Below the pieces are notes generated by a model that searched no databases, had not been told where the DNA came from, and worked only from the letters and a program-made list of their open reading frames with translations. Position numbers and translations under genes: made by a program. Source: Lacipirellula sp. (GTDB taxonomy: Bacteria; Planctomycetota; Planctomycetia; Pirellulales; Lacipirellulaceae). From it: a DNA stretch of 64,000 nucleotides. Location of the stretch: positions 1,512,016 to 1,576,015 of the forward strand of contig NZ_CBDIIC010000001.1 of NCBI RefSeq assembly GCF_965279485.1. The letters are read 5' to 3'. Shown here piece after piece: positions 38,742-49,700 of this stretch (within the stretch, counting starts at the first letter, position 1; every line of letters begins with the position of its first letter).

Positions 38742-40067
38742 TCACTTCGTGATGCGGTAGAGATGAGTATCGGTGCGGAGGATGAGATCCTCCCCTGCGA
38801 CGGCTGGCGATGCCATGTGCATGCCGTCCAGCTGGTTGACTGCCAGCTCCTGGTAGTCCGCCGAGTCAGCGACCACCGTGGTGCTTCCTTCGTGACTGCA
38901 AAAGTAAAGGCGGCCATTGGCTAGGATCGGCGAGGCTGAGTATTTGCCGGGAATCCGCTCGCGCCAGAGCTGCTTGCCGTCGGCAGTGCCGAAGCAGGTC
39001 GCCACGCCGCCGTCGCTGATGACGTAGATGCGGCCATCGCTAATGACTGGCGACGACTTGGCCGGAATTTGCTGCTTTTCCCGCCAATCGACGTGGGTTT
39101 CGGTCACGTCGCCGGAGCCGTCGGTGCGGATCGCCCAGAGCTGCGGCTTACCAAACCCAGTGCAAAGATAGACCCGCTCGCCATCAAAAACAGGCCGCGG
39201 GACGTTGGAAAAACCGTTACCGTGGTCGACGCGCCAGAGTTCGTCGCCAGTGGCAGGATCGTAGGAGACAAACCACTGCGCCCCGGGAATGACCGCCTGC
39301 TTGCGTCCCGCCTGCTCGAAGACGAGCGGCGTGGCGAACGCCTTCCGCATGTCGGGGTTCGTTTCGCGAATCGGCGGGCGGTCGACCTGCCAACGGATCT
39401 CGCCGTTGGCGATATCGAGCGCGGCGATGAATTGCTTGTCGGCGCCGTCGCAGGTGAGGATCGCGACGTCTTCGACGACAACCGGCGAACTCCCAGGCCC
39501 CACGATGTGGTCGAGTTCCATCGGCCGCCGCCACAGGACCTCGCCGCTGTTGACGTCGACCGCCGCGGCTCCGAAGGTGCCGAAGTGGCAAATCAGCCGG
39601 CCGCCGACGAGGACCGGCGTGGGCGAGGCGTAGCTGTTGAGATTGTGAATTGGGGGCGGCTCGTCGACGCTGAACAAGCTCACCCTGCGCAGGAGTTTTC
39701 CCGTTTCGAGGTTGACTTCGAGAGCGAGCAGGTCGATCGCCGCTGCGGCGCCCATGTCGGTTCCGGAGGAAATCCGGGCAACCTGTTCGTCGCTAACAAG
39801 CGGCTCCTCCGCGTCGGAAGCCTTTTCGACGGCGGTGGTCAGCCAAATGCGGCCGTTGGCGATCACCGGCGACGACCATCCGCGGCCGGGGAGCGGCGTT
39901 TTCCAGCGAATGCCCTCTTTCTCATTCCAGTGAAAAGGGAGATCGACGGCCCCGACATCGCCCTGCCCGCCTGGACCGCGAAATTGCGGCCAGGAGGAAC
40001 CCATCGGCTCATCAGCGGTTGCAACAACCGTGACCAACAGCGCAGTGAAGAATGCGAGCCGTCTCAT
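38742..40067 (-). CDS. PQQ-binding-like beta-propeller protein
   Basis: SWPQFRGPGGQG, WKTPLPGRGWSSPV, NSYASPTP, GPGSSPV, ASPAV; start MRRLAFF at 40067. Confidence 0.86.
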   Translation of the reverse strand: MRRLAFFTALLVTVVATADEPMGSSWPQFRGPGGQGDVGAVDLPFHWNEKEGIRWKTPLPGRGWSSPVIANGRIWLTTAVEKASDAEEPLVSDEQVARISSGTDMGAAAAIDLLALEVNLETGKLLRRVSLFSVDEPPPIHNLNSYASPTPVLVGGRLICHFGTFGAAAVDVNSGEVLWRRPMELDHIVGPGSSPVVVEDVAILTCDGADKQFIAALDIANGEIRWQVDRPPIRETNPDMRKAFATPLVFEQAGRKQAVIPGAQWFVSYDPATGDELWRVDHGNGFSNVPRPVFDGERVYLCTGFGKPQLWAIRTDGSGDVTETHVDWREKQQIPAKSSPVISDGRIYVISDGGVATCFGTADGKQLWRERIPGKYSASPILANGRLYFCSHEGSTTVVADSADYQELAVNQLDGMHMASPAVAGEDLILRTDTHLYRITK

Positions 40068-40156
40068 CGCTTTGCCAATCGCCTTAAGCCAGTGGAGAAC
40101 CCACTTGTCCTGCCGACCTTGGTGCAAGCCGCCTGGTCCGCCTCAGCCAAGCACCA

Positions 40157-40576
40157 TCACGCTGCACAACGGCCACCGACGAGACGAGGCTCGCGTAACT
40201 TCCGCGCGGCTCGTCGCCTTTTTCTACCTCGACGCTTGCTCGTCACCAACAACATCCCCACGCCCCACACTGCCCAAAGCACGTTCTGCTTTAGCGAATG
40301 GTCGAGCGCGAGCGGCAGAAAAGCCATCGCCCCGCACAGTAGCGCTACGACTTGCCACTGAATCATCCGCTGCCAGTCTCGCGAATAGCGTCGCTCTGGT
40401 GGGAAGTCATCACGGCTGCGCCATGCGTGGATCCCAACAGCGAAGCAGATCGTTGCAATCACAGCCGCGGAAAATGCGTTGAACCAACCTCCATTGGTCG
40501 CAGTCCACGCCGAGCATGCTAAGAGCGCCGCTCCGAGGATTAAATCGACCATCGCAAAGGCTCGCATCAACGTCAC
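40157..40576 (-). CDS. Small multi-pass membrane protein
   Basis: About four hydrophobic segments and a basic C-terminus. Confidence 0.6.
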   Translation of the reverse strand: MTLMRAFAMVDLILGAALLACSAWTATNGGWFNAFSAAVIATICFAVGIHAWRSRDDFPPERRYSRDWQRMIQWQVVALLCGAMAFLPLALDHSLKQNVLWAVWGVGMLLVTSKRRGRKRRRAARKLREPRLVGGRCAA

Positions 40577-40681
40577 GCGATTTTCTCCCGAGAGCTAACA
40601 CCAGCCAGATCGCCAGAATGCGTTCTCTATGAGCCGGCTACCTTATACCACGAGCAGCGAAGTGATGGACGCGCCAAAACG

Positions 40682-40716
40682 AAAAGAGCCGCCCCAGAGG
40701 CTGGGGCGGCTCTTTT
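40682..40716. terminator. Intrinsic terminator (bidirectional type)
   Basis: aaaagagccgcccca-gaggc-tggggcggctctttt. Confidence 0.85.
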
Positions 40717-40738
40717 GAAAGCTCAATTCGCGAGCGAC

Positions 40739-41326
40739 TTAGAACCGCGGCTGCGACGGCTTGAACGGCGGCAAGCCCGACGAAGTCGGCTGCAGTTGCT
40801 GGCCGTAAGGTGAACTCACTCCGACCTGAGTCGGCTGGTGCGGACGGAGACCCAACGACGGCGAGTGGGTCGAGCTATGACCACCCGACAGCGGTGTCGA
40901 CGGGGTGCTAGCAGGAGACGGCGAGCCGCCGGTAGCACGCTCGTTCGGGATCATCTCTTCGCCGATGACTTGCAGCAGCTTCGAGATGCAAAGCTTGTTC
41001 ATGCTCGTCCGCAGATCGTGCGCTTCGGTCCGCAGCGATTCGTGCATGCTCTTCGGCAGGCGAACGGTGATGACGCGAGTTGGCTCGCTTTCGGTGTCGG
41101 CCGAGGGGCGCTTCTCGCGGAGCTTCACGAGCAGCTTTTGAATGCGGTCGAACTGTTCGCTTTGCTCGAAAGCGGTCAGCTCATCGAAAGTCGGGAAGGT
41201 CTTGCGAGCGGCGCCATCGACGCCGAGGACTTCGCGAAAGAACGTAACCCAGTCGGGGTTTTGCTTGTAGCGGGTTTCAGCGAACTCGAGAACTTCTTGA
41301 TACTTTTCCGTAGTTTGGGTAAGCAC
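40739..41326 (-). CDS. Ribbon-helix-helix (HicB-like C-terminal fold) DNA-binding protein
   Basis: GTG start at 41326; TRVITVRLPKSMHESLRTEAHDLRTSMNKLCISKL RHH pattern; Ser/Pro-rich tail. Confidence 0.7.
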   Translation of the reverse strand: MLTQTTEKYQEVLEFAETRYKQNPDWVTFFREVLGVDGAARKTFPTFDELTAFEQSEQFDRIQKLLVKLREKRPSADTESEPTRVITVRLPKSMHESLRTEAHDLRTSMNKLCISKLLQVIGEEMIPNERATGGSPSPASTPSTPLSGGHSSTHSPSLGLRPHQPTQVGVSSPYGQQLQPTSSGLPPFKPSQPRF

Positions 41327-41626
41327 GGCTGACGTCTCCTTCCGAACAGCTTTGGGATGGGCGAATCGAAGACCCGAGGGCGGTCTTCTGGTGCCTCCAT
41401 ATTCATGCGCGGTCAAGCAAATCCCGGAGGTCCTTGCAGTGCTTGCACTTACGTCGATTCTGCTAGCGTGCCTATTCCGTGGCAGGCCATGCTGAAGTTC
41501 GACGCACGACCCCACTGCCCAAAAAGCAGGCAGTACGACTTTTCCCATTCCGAAAAATGTCCTGCTAGCAACGAGTACCAGCGCAAGGCTGGAACATCGC
41601 CCTAACTCGTTTACTATCAATGAAAA

Positions 41627-41648
41627 GAGGCGACCCGAAGGTCGCCTC
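41627..41648 (-). terminator. Probable intrinsic terminator
   Basis: gaggcgacc-cgaa-ggtcgcctc preceded by aaaa (U-tract on the minus strand). Confidence 0.65.
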
Positions 41649-41770
41649 CAAAGAAATTTTCGGATTTTCTCAAGTCCTGGACACCTGGGTGTCCATCGAG
41701 GGCAGTGGTCGGTTCGCGGCGTCGCGGCCGACTTAGCCAACTGCCGATTTGGCAGCTAGCACCGCTAGCG

Positions 41771-42700
41771 CTACGACTCTGCCGAGAACTTATCGCGGAC
41801 GCGATCGAGCAGCTTCTTGGTAAGCATGATGCCTTCGCGTTCGTCTTCTGGATTAGCGCCTTCCCATTCGATGCCAACGTAGCCGTGGTAGCCGGCGTCG
41901 AGCACGATTTTCATCATCTTGAAGTAGTCAGTGCGGACTTCGTCGCCGGCGGCGTTGAACTCGTGACTCTTCGCGCTGACGCCCTTGGCGAACGGCATCA
42001 GCTCGGCGCATCCCTTATACCGATCGTACTCGTGGAAGTTGCCGAAGTCGGGAAGCGTGCCGCAATTGGGCAGATCGACCGTCTTCATCACGCCCGCCAG
42101 CCACTCGCCGTTCGACGACAAGCCGCCGTGGTTTTCGACGATGACGTTAATCTTGTGCGGGGCAGCGAACTCCGAGAGCTGACGCAAACCGTCGGCTGCT
42201 AGCTTGCCCTGCTCCTCCGGCGTTCCTTCCGAATGTGCATTCACTCTGATCGAATGACAACCGAGAAACTTGGCGGCTTCAACCCACTGATGGTGGTTTT
42301 CCACAGCCTGCTTCCGCTTGGCGTCGTCAGGGTCGCCGAGGTTGCCTTCGCCATCCACCATGATGAGGACGCTGGTCACCCCTTCATCGGAGCAACGCTT
42401 TTTCAGCTCGCCCAGGTATTTCTCGTCGCGGGCCTTATCCTTGAAAAACTGATTGACGTACTCGACCGCGTCGATGCCGCAGGCCTTCGTGAAGGCCGGA
42501 AACTCCAAATTCTCCATCTTGCCAGCCTGCAGGGCCTTATGGAGCGACCATTCGGCAAGCGAAATCTTGAACAGCGGGGCCTTCGCCTCGGCGGCCAGAG
42601 CTGTCGTTAGGCCGCGGCCAAGGGCGAATCCAGCGCCGGCAACCGCCGCTCCGGTGCGAAGAAACCAACGGCGGTTGACGGTGCGCAGTGAGTCGTGCAT
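41771..42700 (-). CDS. TAT-exported sugar phosphate isomerase/epimerase (xylose-isomerase-like TIM barrel)
   Basis: NRRWFL TAT motif, [37 protein letters not shown]. Confidence 0.88.
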   Translation of the reverse strand: MHDSLRTVNRRWFLRTGAAVAGAGFALGRGLTTALAAEAKAPLFKISLAEWSLHKALQAGKMENLEFPAFTKACGIDAVEYVNQFFKDKARDEKYLGELKKRCSDEGVTSVLIMVDGEGNLGDPDDAKRKQAVENHHQWVEAAKFLGCHSIRVNAHSEGTPEEQGKLAADGLRQLSEFAAPHKINVIVENHGGLSSNGEWLAGVMKTVDLPNCGTLPDFGNFHEYDRYKGCAELMPFAKGVSAKSHEFNAAGDEVRTDYFKMMKIVLDAGYHGYVGIEWEGANPEDEREGIMLTKKLLDRVRDKFSAES

Positions 42701-43040
42701 GGGAAAAACGAGCTCCTAACAGAGTGAAGGGCGCCTGGATCAGAGCGGTCGTCAGGCCGCGAAAGGGCCGAGCCGCTACGGGGAGTATAGAAGGGGGATG
42801 CGGGGGCCACAATTCGCCGGAAGTCACGCGATCCGTTCTACGGTGGGCATGATTGGCGGGGTCGGCTGTCTTCGGCCACAGAGATCCTGACTTCTATGTA
42901 ATCTCGCCAGTGACAAACGACCCTCGCCCCCGTCACGCTCCCCTGCCCCATTGACCCTACGCGCGGAACGGTCGAGAATCGCGGGTTTCCTGACCATTTC
43001 CCCAAGTCACTGACTGATAAACGCCCGCCAGGAGCCCGCG

Positions 43041-44276
43041 ATGTCCGCCGCCCAACCGATCACGATGAACAACGGCCGTCTGCAAGTCCCCGACGCGCCG
43101 ATCATCCCCTTCATCGAGGGGGACGGCACTGGTCCCGATATTTGGCGGGCCAGCCAGGTCGTGTTCGACGCGGCGGTTGAGAAGGCGTACGGCGGCAAGC
43201 GGAAGATCGAGTGGAAGGAAGTCCTCGCCGGCGAGAAGGCGTTCAACCAAACTGGCAACTGGCTGCCTGACGCGACGCTCGATGCGTTCCGCAGCTTGTT
43301 GGTTGGCATCAAGGGCCCGCTCACCACGCCGGTTGGCGGCGGCATTCGCTCGCTGAACGTCGCCCTGCGACAGATCCTCGACCTCTACGTCTGCCTGCGG
43401 CCGGTTCAATACTTCACGGGCGTCCCCTCGCCGGTGAAGCAGCCGGAACTGACCGACATGGTCATCTTCCGCGAGAACACGGAAGATATCTACGCCGGCA
43501 TCGAGTTCGAACATGGCTCGGCCGACTGCGACAAGTTCAAGAAACTGTTCAGCGAAGCGTTCCCCGGCCCTTGGAAGAAGGTCCGCTTCCCCGAAACGGT
43601 TGGCATCGGCATCAAGCCGGTCAGCCAAGAGGGAACCGCGCGGCTCGTGCGGGCGGCGATCCAGTACGCGATCGACAACGACCGCCGCAGCGTGACGCTG
43701 GTCCACAAGGGGAACATCATGAAGTTCACCGAAGGGGCCTTCCGCGATTGGGGCTACGAAGTGGCGAAGAAGGAATTCGGCGCCGTGGAACTCGACGGTG
43801 GTCCGTGGTGCACCTTCAAGTCGTCGAAGACCGGCAAAGAAATCGTCGTCAAGGACGTCATCGCCGACGCGATGCTGCAACAGATCCTCACCCGGCCGGC
43901 TGACTACGACGTCATCGCCACACTCAACTTGAACGGCGATTACATCAGCGACGCCCTCGCGGCCTGCGTCGGCGGCATCGGCATCGCGCCGGGCGGCAAC
44001 ATCAACTACATGACCGGTCACGCGATCTTCGAGGCGACCCACGGCACCGCGCCGAAGTACGCCAACCAAGACAAGGTGAACCCGGGCAGCGTGATCCTCT
44101 CAGGCGAGATGATGTTCCGCTATATGGGCTGGACCGAGGCGGCCGACCTGATCATTAAGGGCCTCAACGGCGCGATCGCGGCAAAGACCGTCACCTACGA
44201 CTTCGAGCGGTTGATGGATGGCGCGAAGCTCGTGAAGTGCAGCGAGTTCGGGCACGCCGTCGTGAAGCACATGTAG
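43041..44276 (+). CDS. icd: NADP-dependent isocitrate dehydrogenase
   Basis: [73 protein letters not shown]. Confidence 0.97.
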   Translation: MSAAQPITMNNGRLQVPDAPIIPFIEGDGTGPDIWRASQVVFDAAVEKAYGGKRKIEWKEVLAGEKAFNQTGNWLPDATLDAFRSLLVGIKGPLTTPVGGGIRSLNVALRQILDLYVCLRPVQYFTGVPSPVKQPELTDMVIFRENTEDIYAGIEFEHGSADCDKFKKLFSEAFPGPWKKVRFPETVGIGIKPVSQEGTARLVRAAIQYAIDNDRRSVTLVHKGNIMKFTEGAFRDWGYEVAKKEFGAVELDGGPWCTFKSSKTGKEIVVKDVIADAMLQQILTRPADYDVIATLNLNGDYISDALAACVGGIGIAPGGNINYMTGHAIFEATHGTAPKYANQDKVNPGSVILSGEMMFRYMGWTEAADLIIKGLNGAIAAKTVTYDFERLMDGAKLVKCSEFGHAVVKHM

Positions 44277-44306
44277 TTGTGCTTGGCGATTGGCGCGTGA
44301 AATAAG

Positions 44307-44345
44307 AAACCCCGGCGGAGTCTGGCGACTTCGCCGGGGTTTTTG
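44307..44345 (+). terminator. Intrinsic terminator after icd
   Basis: aaaccccggcggag-tctggcg-acttcgccggggttttt. Confidence 0.75.
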
Positions 44346-44437
44346 CTTGCTTTACGAGAAAGCTTAGCCGCCGTCGACGAACGACGCAGAGCGTCGAGGG
44401 CGGCGTTCCCATGCGGAGCGTGGAAACAAGGTCGGGG

Positions 44438-45127
44438 TTAACGCGAGTCGCGCTTCGCTTGCTTGCGGCCGCCACGAGCTTGGACGTGGGCTTGCACGCG
44501 CGAGGTTTTGCCGCTGGCTTTCAAACGTGATTTCTTAGCAGCGGTTTGGGCCGAGAGCTGCCGGGCTGGTTCGGCGGTGACGAGCCCCAGCGAGCCGACG
44601 CCAAAGGCCGGCTTCTTCTTGGCGGCTTTCTTCGCGACCTTCTTCTTCGCCACTTTCTTTGGAGCGGCTTTTTTCTTGGCGACTTTCTTCTTCGGCGCGG
44701 CTGCAGGCGTTGCTGCCCCCTTTTTCTTCGCGGCCTTTTTCTTCTTCACCTTGGCTTTGCTGGCCGCGTTTAGTTCGCTGCGAACGTCTTTCAGTTCGTC
44801 GCGCGCAACCGCTCGCTTCAGCCGGTGCCCTGCAGCGCGGACCTTCTTCTTCGGCGGCTTCGGCAAGACTTTTCCGACGGTCGAACCGCCGGCTTGCGCC
44901 TTCGCTAGCTGCTCTTCGTAGCGTTTGAGCACATGCGCAAAAAGCGCCGCTTTCTCGCCGCTGCGAGCGTTCTTGTCGGTCACGCGCGACTTCTGCGCTT
45001 GCTGCGTTTCGCGACGCTGCTCAGTCGCTAAGTCTTGCCACTTGTCGCGTAAGCGTCGCGCGGAAGCGACGTTCTTCTTCAGTTGATCGACAGAAAGCTT
45101 CTCGATGGCGTCGGGACGGCTTCCCAT
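44438..45127 (-). CDS. Lys/Ala-rich histone H1-like protein with N-terminal helical domain
   Basis: AKVKKKKAAKKK...APKKKVAKKKAAPKKVAKKKVAKKAAKKKP; start probably ATG 45127 (ORF open to 45190). Confidence 0.75.
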   Translation of the reverse strand: MGSRPDAIEKLSVDQLKKNVASARRLRDKWQDLATEQRRETQQAQKSRVTDKNARSGEKAALFAHVLKRYEEQLAKAQAGGSTVGKVLPKPPKKKVRAAGHRLKRAVARDELKDVRSELNAASKAKVKKKKAAKKKGAATPAAAPKKKVAKKKAAPKKVAKKKVAKKAAKKKPAFGVGSLGLVTAEPARQLSAQTAAKKSRLKASGKTSRVQAHVQARGGRKQAKRDSR

Positions 45128-45323
45128 TACCACGCCCAGTTCTGCCTTCGTGCACATCCGTTTGGCATCGGCAACAGTCAGTCGTCCCATCGATGGCGCC
45201 TCGCTGGAGAGAATAGTTCCTCGGACGGTCGCGTCCTAAGGAGTCAGCGTAGGCGATTAATCGTTGAAAAACAACCGCGAGACTGGTCGCCAACGTTGGC
45301 GACGGAGGCGATCAGACGTGCAC

Positions 45324-46247
45324 TTAGAGCGCCGCTTCGGCCTGCTTCAGGCTGGCGCGAAACTCGGCCACTTCGCCGGGACGAACGATCACTGCCGGCA
45401 CGTTGAGCTGCCCTTTTCCGGCAGCAGGAAACGCAAGTTTCTCCGCCGAGTGAAAGTAGGCAAGCCGATCGACCGCGAGATAACCGCAGAGGCGGGGATC
45501 ATGGGCGATGATCCCCGCAACCTTGCCGAGTTCCACGAGTTCGAGGGCGGCCTCGCTTTGATCGAAGGTTACGAGCAGCGGCGGATCGGACAAGTCAGCC
45601 ACGGCTGCGGCGAGTTCGGTCGCGGCGCCGAGTCGCAAATCGACGACGACGCGCGGCGAGTGGCGCGAGATCGCGGCGGCGATTTGCTGCGCAGCGGTTC
45701 GCTCGCCTTCAGTGACGAGATGCTTAACAATGCACTTTGATTTCGCTTGAGAGCTTTGTGGGTCGGCGCCCATCCAAAATTTCATCGCATGCTGGAAGCC
45801 TTGGAGCCGTTCGATTGGTAAGGCGCAACAGCGATTGTCGACGATGAGCAAAACGTCGTCGCCGTCGTGCAACAAGCTCGTCACGTACTTCGCGCAGCGA
45901 CGCCCTGCGCCAAAACTGGCTTCGCCGACGTGAAAGGTCTGCGTGGCGCCGCCTGGGCCGTATCCGCAAGTCGCGGTAAATCCCGAAGACCCAGCCATCG
46001 AAAGTTTGCCGCAGCGAGTCTCGCCGGCAGGCGGCCAAGCGATCGAGAGGTCGACGCCGTTCTCGTCGGCTGCAGCCTGGGCGCCCGTAGCCAGCGCTTG
46101 CCAATATTCAGAGTGGCCGCCAGTTAGGAGCACCATCGAGTGCTCCGGGGCGGACACCTGGTAGTCGAGGACCGCCAAGCCCCCCATGCCGGCCGTCATC
46201 ACGGCCATCACGGCAATCGCTCCCAAGGCCAATCGAAGCCCGATCAT
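45324..46247 (-). CDS. Divergent periplasmic-binding-protein type I (RbsB-like)
   Basis: Signal/TM, SEYWQALATGAQAAA, ERLQGF, LVTFDQ..AL.LV..GKV.GII.HDP..GYLAV; start MIGLRL at 46247. Confidence 0.65.
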   Translation of the reverse strand: MIGLRLALGAIAVMAVMTAGMGGLAVLDYQVSAPEHSMVLLTGGHSEYWQALATGAQAAADENGVDLSIAWPPAGETRCGKLSMAGSSGFTATCGYGPGGATQTFHVGEASFGAGRRCAKYVTSLLHDGDDVLLIVDNRCCALPIERLQGFQHAMKFWMGADPQSSQAKSKCIVKHLVTEGERTAAQQIAAAISRHSPRVVVDLRLGAATELAAAVADLSDPPLLVTFDQSEAALELVELGKVAGIIAHDPRLCGYLAVDRLAYFHSAEKLAFPAAGKGQLNVPAVIVRPGEVAEFRASLKQAEAAL

Positions 46248-46752
46248 CGTTCTTCCCTCGGTTGTGGCGAATTTGGTTCCGGCGGCGGCCGCTCGCTGGC
46301 GGATTGGGCAGTGTGCCAGCGAACGGCGCCGCGGTGGGTTAGACGACCGCTGCTGTAGAGTTGATCGCGTCTGGAGGAAAAATCTTGCGGCTTTCTTCCA
46401 AATTCGCTTCCAGTTACTGAGATAGAGAGCCGGCCCGTTGCAAGCGGACTGCAGCAAACGCGAAAAGGGCGGTTTCGCCGCAAAACGGCTGCAGTCACAT
46501 CACTGCAGTGCCGCAGCAGCGAGGTCGGGGTAGAACATTCGCCGGCGTAGCGACGTCTGGTCGGTGAAAATACGGGGAAATTGCCGGTAGTAATTGGCGC
46601 AAGGCAAAACAGAGCGCAGGATATTGAGGCACGACGCGCTGTTAACGACTGCGGGCTTTAGGCGGCCCCCTGGCAGGAACATCGCGGCGCCCGCTGGCCG
46701 CTCCTGTCGACAGCACTCCCCACCTCTGCCGCCTCCGACCCCGCTGGCCACC

Positions 46753-49700
46753 ATGCCGATTCGAGTCGCTCTCCATCACCGCACCGAATACCGCTACGAC
46801 GAGCTCGTTGAGTTCGGCCCCCAGATCGTGCGGCTCCGTCCGGCCCCCCATTGCCGGACGCCGATCACTGCCTATTCGCTCTGGATCGAGCCGTCGGGGC
46901 ACTTCCTCAACTGGCAGCAAGATCCATACGGCAACTTCCAGGCGCGAATCGTCCACCCGAAGCCGTCGGACCACGTGTCGGTGGAAGTGGCGCTGACCGC
47001 TGAGATGACGGTGATCAATCCGTTCGACTTCTTTCTGGAAGACGACGCGACGGAATTTCCGTTCTCGTACGGTCCTGACATGCTGAAGGATTTGATGCCC
47101 TTCTTGCATGTCGCCCCCGCGATGGAGGGTTCGCCCCTGGCGGAATATGTGCGGAAGATCGATCGCCGCAAACGCCGGACGATCGACTTCCTAGTTGAAC
47201 TCAACAGCCAACTGCAGCGCGACATCAGCTATACGATCCGCATGGAGCCGGGCGTTCAGACGTGTGACGAGACGCTGCAAAAGCGGAGCGGCTCGTGCCG
47301 CGACACGGCGTGGCTGCTCGTGAACGTCCTGCGGCGCTGCGGCTTGGCAGCGCGGTTCGTCTCGGGTTACCTCATTCAGCTGACGCCGGACATCAAATCG
47401 CTCGACGGCCCCAGCGGCGCCGAGCACGACTTCACCGACCTCCACGCTTGGACGGAAGTCTTCCTGCCGGGCGCCGGCTGGATTGGCCTCGACCCGACGT
47501 CGGGGTTGATGTGCGGCGAAGGGCATATCCCGCTTGCGTGCACGCCCGATCCGGTCGGTGCCGCCCCGATTTCATTCTCGGCGACCGCCGCGGCGAGCGA
47601 CTTCAAGTTTCATATGGAAGTCACGCGGATCCACGAAGATCCGCGGGTGACGAAGCCCTACTCCGACGAGCAGTGGGAAGCGGTCAACGAACTGGGCAAA
47701 GAAGTCGATCGCCATCTAGCCGCCGGCGACGTGCGGCTGACGATGGGCGGGGAGCCAACCTTCGTGTCGATCGACGACATGGAAGGCGCTGAGTGGAAGA
47801 CCGCGGCGATGGGCCCTAACAAGCGCCGCCTCGCGGGCGATTTGCTCACGCGGATGAAGCACCGCTTCGCACCGGGCGGAATGCTGCACCTCGGCCAAGG
47901 CAAGTGGTATCCGGGCGAACCGCTGCCGCGCTGGTCGTTGAAGTGCTACTGGCGTCGCGATGGCGAACCGATTTGGCGCGACGAGTCGTTGTTTGCCGAT
48001 CCGACGAAGAAGGGCGAACAAACGGTCGACGATGCGCGCCGGTTTGGCCAAGCGCTCGCGGAACGCCTGGGCGTCAAGCCGCAGCATGTGATCGACGGGT
48101 TCGAAGACGTCCTCTACTACGCGTGGAAAGAACGCCGTCTGCCGGCGAACGTCTCGCTGCAAGATTCCAAGCTGGAAAATGCCGAAGACCGCGCGCGGCT
48201 CGCGAAGGTTTTTGAGCAAGGCATTACCTCGCCGGTTGGTTGCGCGTTGCCAATTCGCCGCGTCTGGTGGGCCGATCAGCCTTATTGGGAAAGTGGCGAG
48301 TGGGTCGTCCGCAGCGACGAGATGTTCCTGCTGCCGGGCGATTCGCCGATGGGCTTCCGGCTGCCGATTCAATCGCTCCTGTGGGCGAAACGGCCGGCGA
48401 TTGAGTCGTACGGCTACGCCACCGAACCATTCGCCGAACGCTTTCCGCTGCCGCAATATCAGCGGATGCGCGAAGACATCGCCGCGCGGGCGGGCGTCGG
48501 CGCTCAAGCGCTGCAACCCGCATGGAGCGGCGGCGGTAGCTGGGGTTCAGGGCCTGAAGGCGCCTTCTTCGGCGACTACTCGGGCAACATCGTCGATGGT
48601 TTCTCCGGCAATGGCGGACCGCACGCAGGCAACGGGCAAGCGAACGGCAACGGGAATGGCAGCGGTCCTGGCGCTCCTTGGCTGCAGAATGGCAATAACG
48701 ATTTCCAGGGGCAGCCAGGCAGCGTCCCCGCCGGCGGGCAGCAAGCAGACCCTTCGTGGCTGGTGCGAACGGCACTCTGTATTGAGCCGCGGGACGGCGT
48801 GATCCACATTTTTATGCCGCCGCTCGATCGGCTCGAAGATTACCTCGAATTGGTCACGGCCATTGAAGACACGGCGGCGCAGTTTGGCACGCCGGTCGTC
48901 CTCGAAGGCTACGAACCGCCGCACGATCACCGGATCAACAACTTCAAAGTGACTCCCGATCCGGGCGTGATCGAAGTGAACGTCCAGCCAGCCGAGAACT
49001 GGGACGAGTTGGTGGCGATCACCTCGGGCGTTTACGAGGACGCCCGCTACTCGCGGCTGGGGACGGAGAAGTTCGACCTCGACGGTACGCATACCGGCAC
49101 GGGCGGCGGCAATCACGTTGTCCTCGGCGGCGCCACGCCGGCCGACAGCCCGTTCCTCCGCCGACCTGACGTGCTGCGGAGCTTGCTGGCCTACTGGCAT
49201 AACCACCCGTCGCTGTCGTATCTATTCTCGGGCAGTTTCATCGGCCCGACGAGCCAGGCGCCGCGGGTCGACGAAGGCCGCCGCGACGCTCGCTACGAAC
49301 TGCAGATTGCGATGGAGCAGATCCGCGATCGGCAGAACTATCCCTCGTGGATGGTCGACCGCGTCTTCCGCAATCTGTTGGTCGATGGCACCGGCAACAC
49401 GCATCGCGCTGAATTCTGCATCGACAAGTTGTTCTCGCCCGATAGTTCGACCGGTCGCTTGGGCCTCGTCGAGTTCCGCGCGTTCGAAATGCCGCCGCAT
49501 TGGCGGATGAGCATGGCGCAGCAGCTGCTGCTCCGCTGCCTGGTCGCACGTTTCTGGGAGAAGCCATACACCGCGAAGTTGGTCGATTGGGATACCTCGC
49601 TGCACGACCGGTTCATGCTGCCGCAGTTCGTGCGGCAAGATTTCAACGACATCGTCGATGAAACTCGCCAAGCTGGCTTCGCGATGGAGAAGGCGTGGTT

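Noticed and set aside
40739-41326. HicAB toxin-antitoxin module
   Set aside because: Only an RHH is present; no HicA-like ORF adjacent.
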